A stretch of 64,000 nucleotides of DNA from Patescibacteria group bacterium (GTDB lineage: Bacteria > Patescibacteriota > Patescibacteriia > UBA1558 > UBA10009). Both the position numbers and the translations under genes were made by a program. The stretch lies in contig JAHITV010000035.1 in NCBI GenBank assembly GCA_018817315.1, positions 22,473-86,472 on the forward strand. Reading direction: 5' to 3'. This document shows positions 18,943-27,032 of this stretch, piece after piece; positions within the stretch are counted from its first letter, which is position 1; every line of letters begins with the position of its first letter. The notes beneath the pieces were generated by a model that saw nothing but the letters and a program-made list of their open reading frames with translations, did not search any database and was not told the origin of the DNA.

Positions 18943-20392
18943 ATTAAAAATTGTTTCTATTGCTTCGGAAGTATACCCTTTTAGTAAAAGCGGTGGTTTA
19001 GCTGATGTCGTGTGTAGCTTGTCTAAAATCCTAAAACAATTAGGCCATGATATAATAGTTATTACCCCTTTTTACGGAGAAATCATTGACCGAAAAAAAT
19101 ATAATCTAAAACCGGTTTTTGAAAATGTCTCTTTGGAAATGGACAAGGAAACAAAAATTAAAGTAAATTATTTACAGGGGTATTTAGATAATGACCTGCC
19201 TATTTATTTTGTGGCAAACGAAAAATTCTTTTCCCGTAAAAAAGAATTATATGGCAGTACTAAAGAAAATAAAAGATTTTACCTTTTTGACGTTGCCGCT
19301 TTAAAACTAATTGATTTGCTTAAATTTAGGGCTAATATTATTCATTGTCATGACTGGCACGCTGGTTTGGTTCCTGAATTATTGCATAAAAATTTTAACA
19401 ATAATAAATATCCTTCTTTAAAAAACAGTAAAACAGTCTTCACTATTCATAATTTAGCTTTTCAATTGGGTTATGATTGGTGGCAGGTGCCTTTAACAGA
19501 GAAAGATTATGGCCGCAAAGCTTTACCTAAATTTTACGATCCTAAAATGGAGTATATTAATTTTGCTAAACGAGCCATTACCCATGCTGATATTATTAAT
19601 ACTGTTTCTGAACAATATGCCGAGGAAATTTTAACCAAAGACTTTGGGCAAGATTTACAGCGAATACTTAACAGTAATAAAAAAAAGCTTTTTGGTATCA
19701 TTAACGGCATTGATGAAAAAGAATATAATCCAGCTACTGATCCAGGATTAGCAAAAAATTACAGCGTTGACAGTCTTTATTTTAAAAAACAAAATAAAGA
19801 AGCTCTGCAAAAACTTTTTAATCTGCCTGTTAAAGACGTTCCGGTTATAGGTATGACCTCGCGTTTAGTTGAACAAAAGGGCTTTAATTTATTAGATAAA
19901 ATTTTAGAAACTTTGTTGTCATTTGATTTGCATTTTATAATTATGGGTGACGGGGATAAAAAATATGTAAGTATAATCAATAAGATGGAAAAAAAATATC
20001 CTAAAAAATTGGCTTATTCTAAGTTTGAACAAAAAATAGAAACTAGTATTTATGCTGGTGGTGACATGCTTTTAATGCCTTCCCGTTTTGAACCTTGTGG
20101 TTTAAACCAGCTTTATGCTCTACGTTATGGCTGTATTCCTATTGTCCATAAAATCGGTGGTTTAGCAGACACGATTACAGAATTTAATCCCAAAACCAAT
20201 AAAGGCAATGGTTTTACTTTTAAACATTATCATGAATATAAATTACTTATGGCTATAACCAGAGCAATGGTAACATATCAACATAAAGATGTCTGGAAAG
20301 GTTTAGTAGAAAAAGCTATGAGAATGTCATCTTTTTGGACATTTTCTGCTAAAAAATATGTTGTTTTATATAAAAAAGTTCTAAAAATTTAA
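18932..20392 (+). CDS. glgA: glycogen (starch) synthase, GT5 family
   Basis: KIVSIASEVYPFSKSGGLADVV N-terminal KxGGL motif. C-terminal GT1-like domain (GGLADTI). Start set at the internal ATG MPHKLKIV. Confidence 0.85.
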   Translation: MPHKLKIVSIASEVYPFSKSGGLADVVCSLSKILKQLGHDIIVITPFYGEIIDRKKYNLKPVFENVSLEMDKETKIKVNYLQGYLDNDLPIYFVANEKFFSRKKELYGSTKENKRFYLFDVAALKLIDLLKFRANIIHCHDWHAGLVPELLHKNFNNNKYPSLKNSKTVFTIHNLAFQLGYDWWQVPLTEKDYGRKALPKFYDPKMEYINFAKRAITHADIINTVSEQYAEEILTKDFGQDLQRILNSNKKKLFGIINGIDEKEYNPATDPGLAKNYSVDSLYFKKQNKEALQKLFNLPVKDVPVIGMTSRLVEQKGFNLLDKILETLLSFDLHFIIMGDGDKKYVSIINKMEKKYPKKLAYSKFEQKIETSIYAGGDMLLMPSRFEPCGLNQLYALRYGCIPIVHKIGGLADTITEFNPKTNKGNGFTFKHYHEYKLLMAITRAMVTYQHKDVWKGLVEKAMRMSSFWTFSAKKYVVLYKKVLKI

Positions 20393-20419
20393 TCTTTTTA
20401 TTAAAAAACAAATAATTTT

Positions 20420-21901
20420 ATGTACTGGGCAAACCTTCTACATATTTACCAACCCCCCAATCAAATACCAGATATTCTGGAAAGGATTGTTAATGAAAGC
20501 TATAGAGCATTGATACATGGTCTTAAAACAAATCCCAAAGCTAAATTGACTTTAAATCTTAATGCTTGTTTAACTGAACTTCTAGCTAGAAAAGGATATC
20601 TTGATGTTATTAAAACATTAAAATTTTTAGCCAAGCGCGGTCAGCTTGAATTTACTGAAACTGCTAAATACCATCCTTTTCTACCAAAGCTACCTGAAAA
20701 AGAAATTGTTAGACAAATAAAATTAAATTATTCAACCAATAAAAAATATTTTGGAGCAACTTATCAACCTCAAGGGTTTTTTTCTCCGGAAATGGCTTAC
20801 AGTAAAAAATTGGCAAAAATTGTCAATGGTTTAGGATATAAATGGCTAATTATTGATGAAATTGCTTATAATGGCAAGAAGGCCAGTATTGATTTTTCTC
20901 AAATATATAAACTAAAAAATAGTAAAAATTTTTACGTTTTTTTCAAAAATGAACGTTACAGTAATCTGATTGCTGGAGCTATAACCCGTTCAGTGCCTTC
21001 TTTTATAAAAGAGCTGGGAAAGGATTATAGTAAAGATAAATATATTATTACAGCTATGGATGGCGAAACTTTCGGACATCACCGCCCTGGTTTAGATGAA
21101 TTTCTTTTTAATCTTTATGCCTCCAAAAAATTCACTTCTATCTTTGTCTCTGAAATACCTAATTATTTTTCTAATCAGGAAATTGTTGATCCCCTGCCTT
21201 CTACCTGGTCTTGTAATACAGAAGATTTAAAAAATAATTTACCCTACAAGCTCTGGTATCAGCCAGATAATCCTATTCATCAGTTACAATGGCAATTTCT
21301 TTATTGGAGCTTGAAAACAGTAGAAAGTCTTAAACCAAAAAATTCTCATCACTATAAAAAAGCTCGGAAGCTTTTAGATGCAGCTTTAAACTCCTGTCAT
21401 TTTTGGTGGGCTTCAAAATACTGGTGGAGTTTGGAAATAATTGAACAAGGGGCTTATGATTTTTATCAAGTGAGTGTAGCTACTAACTCAGCAAAGTTGA
21501 TAAAAAAAGCTAAAGATTATTATCAAAAAATCTTAAGCTTAGCTTTTCAGTGGCAACGTGACGGCACTATTAGAAAATTTCATAAAGATAAGGAATTCTG
21601 GCAAAAAACACCTTTTAAAAACAGAACACCCAAAGAATGGTTTAATCAGATCATCTTAGAATTTGAGGATGAAATGAAAAAAGCAGCTAGCGCGCAAGAA
21701 TATGAAAAAGCTATTAAATGGCGGGATGCTGTTATTAAACTAAAAAGTGGGGTTGATGTTTATGATGTTTTGCATATTGTTAATGAATTAAACACTGTTC
21801 GTAAAATTCCTTCATTAAAACCTTTTCTACAACATAAAAAATTTTCCAAGTTTACCTTAAAATATTTCCAGCCACATCCATATTTAAAAAATAAAAAATG
21901 A
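20420..21901 (+). CDS. glycoside hydrolase family 57 protein with C-terminal UVR domain
   Basis: GH57 motifs are present: H-x-Y-QP near the N-terminus, RGQLEF (GQxE), and TAMDGETFGHH (DGE nucleophile region). The C-terminal EFEDEMKKAASAQEYEKAIKWRDAVIKLK matches the UvrB/UvrC UVR-domain consensus. Confidence 0.7.
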   Translation: MYWANLLHIYQPPNQIPDILERIVNESYRALIHGLKTNPKAKLTLNLNACLTELLARKGYLDVIKTLKFLAKRGQLEFTETAKYHPFLPKLPEKEIVRQIKLNYSTNKKYFGATYQPQGFFSPEMAYSKKLAKIVNGLGYKWLIIDEIAYNGKKASIDFSQIYKLKNSKNFYVFFKNERYSNLIAGAITRSVPSFIKELGKDYSKDKYIITAMDGETFGHHRPGLDEFLFNLYASKKFTSIFVSEIPNYFSNQEIVDPLPSTWSCNTEDLKNNLPYKLWYQPDNPIHQLQWQFLYWSLKTVESLKPKNSHHYKKARKLLDAALNSCHFWWASKYWWSLEIIEQGAYDFYQVSVATNSAKLIKKAKDYYQKILSLAFQWQRDGTIRKFHKDKEFWQKTPFKNRTPKEWFNQIILEFEDEMKKAASAQEYEKAIKWRDAVIKLKSGVDVYDVLHIVNELNTVRKIPSLKPFLQHKKFSKFTLKYFQPHPYLKNKK

Positions 21902-22848
21902 CTCTATTAGAAAAAAATATTAAACAAATTTTAACCAAACATAAACTTACCTCAACCAAAGTTATTCGTTTAAGTAACCGTTTTTTAGTTATCAAAGGAA
22001 AGCTTAAAAGTCAAAAAGTTATTTTTAAAATTTTAATCTCCCAAAATCAGTATGAGCAAGATAAAGCCGGTCAAGCTCTAATCAAAGAAGTAAAATTTTT
22101 AAACTTCTTACAAAATAAAGGAACAAAAATCATAAAACAATCAGTCAACCGAATTATTGATTACCAAAAAAATAAACACAGCTGGTATTTAAAAAATTGG
22201 TTACCTGGTCAGTCTCAAAAAGTTATTGGTAGTGGTTGGTTTTTTAAAGACAATTTTTTTACTACAAAAAATGTTGAGTATTTAAGCTGTTTCTATAATG
22301 ATTTATATCAATTATCAGAATCTTTACCAGCTGATTTACAGAAAATTTTTACACGTTCTAAATTAAGTGATTACGAAAATTTCATTGATTGGAAAAACTT
22401 ATTAATCTTTTTGAGACTAGCCAATCTGCCAATAAAAAAAGATGTTGATAAGATAAAAAAATTTATTATAAGGCACAGAAAAATTTTTGACTCACAACAA
22501 AATGTTATTAATCAATATGAGCCCTACGCTGACCATCTTTTAACCCATAAAAATAAAACTGCTATAATTGACTGGGAAAACGTCAATTTTGGCGATATCG
22601 CCCATGATTTAGCAGTTGTCTGGCTACGTGCTTTTAATCATCCTGACTGGCAGAAATCATTGGTAAATAATTTTAAACACTTACCTTATTTTAAAGAATT
22701 AATGAATCTACAAATTGTCATTCAAAGTGTTTCCAATATTCGTTACTTTTTAGAAACCTCTTATTCAATAGACGAAAAAAACTCCACTAAAATAATAAAA
22801 ATACTTCAAAAATTTGTTAAGCAAGCTTTAAATGACCAAATCATCTAA
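21898..22848 (+). CDS. phosphotransferase family protein (APH/choline-kinase-like fold)
   Basis: LTHKNKTAIIDWENVNFGDIAHDLA carries the catalytic-loop and DFG-like motifs of aminoglycoside-phosphotransferase-like kinases. Confidence 0.5.
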   Translation: MTLLEKNIKQILTKHKLTSTKVIRLSNRFLVIKGKLKSQKVIFKILISQNQYEQDKAGQALIKEVKFLNFLQNKGTKIIKQSVNRIIDYQKNKHSWYLKNWLPGQSQKVIGSGWFFKDNFFTTKNVEYLSCFYNDLYQLSESLPADLQKIFTRSKLSDYENFIDWKNLLIFLRLANLPIKKDVDKIKKFIIRHRKIFDSQQNVINQYEPYADHLLTHKNKTAIIDWENVNFGDIAHDLAVVWLRAFNHPDWQKSLVNNFKHLPYFKELMNLQIVIQSVSNIRYFLETSYSIDEKNSTKIIKILQKFVKQALNDQII

Positions 22849-23737
22849 CAAAAAATTTATTGACCTACATTTCCATTCAGTTTATTCTGATGGTTCTTTA
22901 ACTATTCCTGAATTAATCAATCAATTAAAGAAGTATGATCTTAAAGCAGTTTCTCTAACTGATCATAATACCGTAGCTGGTATTAAAGAATTTTTAAAAA
23001 AAGGCGAAAAAGCAGGCATAAAAATTATTCCGGGCATTGAACTATACACTCATTATAAAAAGTTTGAACTACATATTTTGGGTTATAATTTTGATTACAA
23101 TTATCCGCCTCTGCAAAAAAAATTAGCTATACTTGCAACACAAAGAATTATTGATATTAAAAAATCCTTAAAAATTTTAAAAAAGCAGGGGTTTAAAATA
23201 AATGAAAAACATTTATTCAATGGTCCTTCTAAATATATTGGCTTTGGAGGAATTGTTAAAGAACTTTACCAATTTCCTGAAAATGTTAAAAAGTTACAAA
23301 AAGAAATGAAAACAACGATTCCTCATTTCTTCTCTATTATCAACAAATATTTTAGTAAAAAAAGGCCTGCTTATCTTCCTGAAACTAGCATCCCTATCAA
23401 ACAAGCTGTTGCCTTAATTCACCAAGCCGGAGGATTAGCAATTTTAGCTCATCCGGCTCAACAATTGGGTCGGAAAAGTAAAATTGTTGAAGAGCTTAAA
23501 AAAATAGGCCTAGATGGACTGGAATTACTTTCACCGTATCATCGCTGGCATGATATTGAATATTGGCAAAGGATAGCTAACAGTTTACAATTAATAGTAA
23601 CTGGTGGATCTGATTTCCATTCGACTATTTTTGATCCAAAACAAGCTTTAATAAAAGAACAATGGCAATATCATAAAGTACCTTATCTGATTTATGAGAA
23701 ACTTAAACCATCTTTAAATAAATATAAGAAAAAATAA
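22832..23737 (+). CDS. PHP domain-containing phosphoesterase
   Basis: FIDLHFHSVYSDGSLTIPELI, the N-terminal His-rich PHP motif. Confidence 0.75.
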   Translation: MTKSSNKKFIDLHFHSVYSDGSLTIPELINQLKKYDLKAVSLTDHNTVAGIKEFLKKGEKAGIKIIPGIELYTHYKKFELHILGYNFDYNYPPLQKKLAILATQRIIDIKKSLKILKKQGFKINEKHLFNGPSKYIGFGGIVKELYQFPENVKKLQKEMKTTIPHFFSIINKYFSKKRPAYLPETSIPIKQAVALIHQAGGLAILAHPAQQLGRKSKIVEELKKIGLDGLELLSPYHRWHDIEYWQRIANSLQLIVTGGSDFHSTIFDPKQALIKEQWQYHKVPYLIYEKLKPSLNKYKKK

Positions 23738-23749
23738 TTAATTATTTTA

Positions 23750-25213
23750 ATGGATCGTCAGCTTAAAATCTTATTTGTCGCTAGTGAACTAACTCCTTTG
23801 GCTAAAGTTGGAGGGTTAGCCGATGTTATCGGTTCTCTACCCCAAGCTTTAACTTCTTTAGGGGTTGATGCTAGAGTAGTTATTCCTAAATATGGAATTA
23901 TAGATGAAAAAAAATATTCTCTAAAACTCTTGGCTCAAAAACTTAACACCACTTTTGCTGAAAAAAAAGAAGAGTTTAATATTTACCAAACATATCTTAC
24001 TTCAAGCTCACTTCGCGCTGCTCAAAAAACTCCTCTTTATTTAATAGATCATCAAAAATATTTAGGACAAGGCGGTGTTTATCCTTCACCAGATGCTTCT
24101 TCAGAAGGATCAGCTGAAGAAGCTTATCGTTTTACTTTTTTCACTAAAACAGTTTTAGAAATCTTTAAAGATATTAACTGGCTGCCAGATATTATTCATT
24201 GTCATGACTGGCATGTAGCTATGCTACCGCTACTGGCTAAACAAAGTAAAGAATATTTGCCTACCCTTTTGACTATTCATAACCTTGCTTATCAAGGCGA
24301 TTACCCTGCTGATCTAATAATAAAAATACTTGGTCAACAAATAATCAATTGTCCCTCTATTAGACAAAGGTTAAAAAAATCAGACACTATTAATTACTTG
24401 GAACAAGGAATTTTAAATGCTGATTTAATCAATACTGTTAGTCCAACTTATGCCAGTGAAATACTAACCCCAGAATTTGGTTGTGGCTTGGAAAATGTTT
24501 TGGCTAAACGCAGGCCCTATCTTTTTGGAATCTTAAATGGCATTGATACTAGCCGTTTTAATCCAGAAACTGATCCGGAAATTAATCATAATTATTTAGC
24601 CACTAATTTACAAGGGAAAGTAAAAAATAAAAAGGATTTACAAAATGAATGTGGGCTAAAAATTGAAGAAAACGTTCCGATTATTTCTATGATTTCCCGC
24701 TTAACTGAACAAAAAGGTTTAAATATTCTATTACCCGCTTTAAAAAAACTAATCAAAGAAAAGGCGCAGTTTGTTTTCCTGGGAACGGGCAGTTTAACTT
24801 ATGAAAAAAAGTTAGAACATTTTGCTAAACATAAAAATATTTTTGTAAAAATCGGCTTTGATGCAGCTCTGGCTCAACGTATTTATGCTGGCAGCGACAT
24901 GTTTTTAATGCCTTCTCGTTTTGAACCTTGTGGTTTAGGACAATTAATTAGCTTACGTTACGGCACTATCCCTATTGCCAGGGCTATTGGTGGCCTAAAA
25001 GACACCATTACAGAGCTTGGACCCAATAACGGCAGTGGTTTCCTTTTTTACCCTTATGAAGCGAAAGCGCTGATCAAAACAGTTAAGCGGGCTATCAAGG
25101 TCTTTGCTGACCAAAAAGGCTGGCAACAAGCTCAAAAAAGAGTAATGCAACTGGATTTCTCCTGGATAAAATCAGCAAAAAAATATTTAGAGCTTTATCA
25201 GCGACTTACTTAA
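23750..25213 (+). CDS. glgA: glycogen (starch) synthase, GT5 family, second paralog
   Basis: KILFVASELTPLAKVGGLADVIGSLPQAL. HCHDWH and C-terminal GGLKDTI motifs. Confidence 0.9.
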   Translation: MDRQLKILFVASELTPLAKVGGLADVIGSLPQALTSLGVDARVVIPKYGIIDEKKYSLKLLAQKLNTTFAEKKEEFNIYQTYLTSSSLRAAQKTPLYLIDHQKYLGQGGVYPSPDASSEGSAEEAYRFTFFTKTVLEIFKDINWLPDIIHCHDWHVAMLPLLAKQSKEYLPTLLTIHNLAYQGDYPADLIIKILGQQIINCPSIRQRLKKSDTINYLEQGILNADLINTVSPTYASEILTPEFGCGLENVLAKRRPYLFGILNGIDTSRFNPETDPEINHNYLATNLQGKVKNKKDLQNECGLKIEENVPIISMISRLTEQKGLNILLPALKKLIKEKAQFVFLGTGSLTYEKKLEHFAKHKNIFVKIGFDAALAQRIYAGSDMFLMPSRFEPCGLGQLISLRYGTIPIARAIGGLKDTITELGPNNGSGFLFYPYEAKALIKTVKRAIKVFADQKGWQQAQKRVMQLDFSWIKSAKKYLELYQRLT

Positions 25214-25246
25214 ATATTTAATTTATTTTTAGATAACCAATAATTT

Positions 25247-26194
25247 ATGAAAAAAAATCTTCTGCCAGAAATCCGTAAAGATTATATTCAGGATAAATAT
25301 GTCATTATCGCTCCTCTGCGGACCAAGCGTCCTTTTAATTTAGAAAGGCCCCAACAAAAAAAGCCAGAAACAAAAAAGAAATGTGTTTTTTGTCCTGCCC
25401 AAGTTAATAAAGTTAAAGATAGACTGACTATTTATCAACACCAAAAAAAAGAATGGTTGGTAAAAATTATTCCTAATAAATTTCCGTCAGTTAGCCCTGA
25501 TTACCCTCAAGCTTACGGACTGCAAGATGTGGTTATTGAAACACCTGATCATCAACTGGAATTAGAAGATTTATCAATTGATCATATTGCCAACATTTTA
25601 AAAGCTTATGCTCAAAGAACTTTTGAAATTTCTCAAGATAAAAAAATTGAATATATTCTAATTTTTAAAAATAATGGTGGTAAAGCTGGCGCTTCTATTG
25701 CTCATGCTCACTCTCAAATCTTTGCCACCCACTTTTTACCTCCACATCTCTTTGATAAATCTCAAAAACAACAAGCTTATAAATTAGAACATAACAGCTG
25801 TATCTATTGTAATGTTATTAAAAAGGAATGTAAAGGTCCTAGATGGATTTATGAGAATGGACACGTGGTTTGCTTTACTCCTTATGCTTCTATGCATAAC
25901 TATGAAGTCTGGATTATGCCTAAAAGACATTTAGATAACATTACCTTATTAACTGACGAGGAAAGACATTCTTTTGCTAAAATACTTAAACACTTATTAA
26001 AAAAAATAAATCAATTGGGTTTACCTTATAATTTTTATTTCCATCAGGTTATTAATGATGAAGATCAACATTTATATTTAAAAATAAAACCTCGGGGCAA
26101 TATCTGGGCCGGCGTGGAAATTGGTTCTGGTTTAATTATTAATCCAGTCTTACCAGAAGAAGCTGCAAAATATTATAAACAAGGATTAAAATAA
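25247..26194 (+). CDS. GalT-like nucleotidyltransferase (galactose-1-phosphate uridylyltransferase / ADP-glucose phosphorylase family, HIT superfamily)
   Basis: CVFCPA zinc motif, active-site AHAHSQIFA (HxHxQ) and a second CIYCN motif. Confidence 0.7.
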   Translation: MKKNLLPEIRKDYIQDKYVIIAPLRTKRPFNLERPQQKKPETKKKCVFCPAQVNKVKDRLTIYQHQKKEWLVKIIPNKFPSVSPDYPQAYGLQDVVIETPDHQLELEDLSIDHIANILKAYAQRTFEISQDKKIEYILIFKNNGGKAGASIAHAHSQIFATHFLPPHLFDKSQKQQAYKLEHNSCIYCNVIKKECKGPRWIYENGHVVCFTPYASMHNYEVWIMPKRHLDNITLLTDEERHSFAKILKHLLKKINQLGLPYNFYFHQVINDEDQHLYLKIKPRGNIWAGVEIGSGLIINPVLPEEAAKYYKQGLK

Positions 26195-26200
26195 TAGAAT

Positions 26201-27031
26201 ATGCTTAAAAAACATATTTTAGGAATAGACTTGGGTGGTACCTTCACAAAATTTGGCTTAGTTAATGCTGGGTCAGTTTTGTTAAAATTTGAGGAAGTGC
26301 CCACTCCCGAAAACAAAGAAAAAATTATTGATCTGCTTATTAAAAAAATAAGGTTATATCAAGCAGATATTTCTAAAATTGGTATTGGTATTCCAGGTAT
26401 TGTTAATTCCAAAGACGGGAAAATCTTAACTACACCCAATCTACCTTTAAGCAATTTCTCTTTACTTAGATTTTTGAAAGAAAAGATTAAATTGCCCATC
26501 AAAATTGAAAATGATGTTAATTGTTTTACTTTAGCCGAAGCTTTAATCGGCTCTGCCAGAGCTTATCAAAATGTTATTGGACTGACTTTAGGCACTGGTA
26601 TTGGTGGCGGTATTGTTATTAATAAAAAAATATATCATGGACATGGTTATGCTGGAGAATTCGGTCATCAATTTATTGATTATAAAAACAATAAAGATTT
26701 GGAGGATTTACTAGGAGCTAAAAAGTTAAAACTTGAAGGTTTTGATTATAAAAAACTGGCCAAAGATGCTTTAAGCAAGAAGGTGGTAGCTTTGAATTTT
26801 TGGAAAAATTTAGGAAACGTTCTTGGCTATGGTTGCCTTAATCTTATTCATCTTTTTGATCCTGAAATAATCGTTCTAGGTGGGAAACAAACACAATTTT
26901 TTAATTTATTTTATCCTTCACTTATAAAAACTGTAAAAAAACATTGTCTGGTACCGCTTCCCAAGATTACTAAATCCCGTTTAATTGATAAAGCAGGGGT
27001 TATTGGCGCCTGCCTACTGTTTAAAAAATAA
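26201..27031 (+). CDS. ROK family glucokinase/sugar kinase
   Basis: ILGIDLGGTFTKFGLV ATPase motif. ROK-type central region GIGIPG...CGLGxxGC is degenerate. Confidence 0.7.
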   Translation: MLKKHILGIDLGGTFTKFGLVNAGSVLLKFEEVPTPENKEKIIDLLIKKIRLYQADISKIGIGIPGIVNSKDGKILTTPNLPLSNFSLLRFLKEKIKLPIKIENDVNCFTLAEALIGSARAYQNVIGLTLGTGIGGGIVINKKIYHGHGYAGEFGHQFIDYKNNKDLEDLLGAKKLKLEGFDYKKLAKDALSKKVVALNFWKNLGNVLGYGCLNLIHLFDPEIIVLGGKQTQFFNLFYPSLIKTVKKHCLVPLPKITKSRLIDKAGVIGACLLFKK

Positions 27032-27032
27032 A

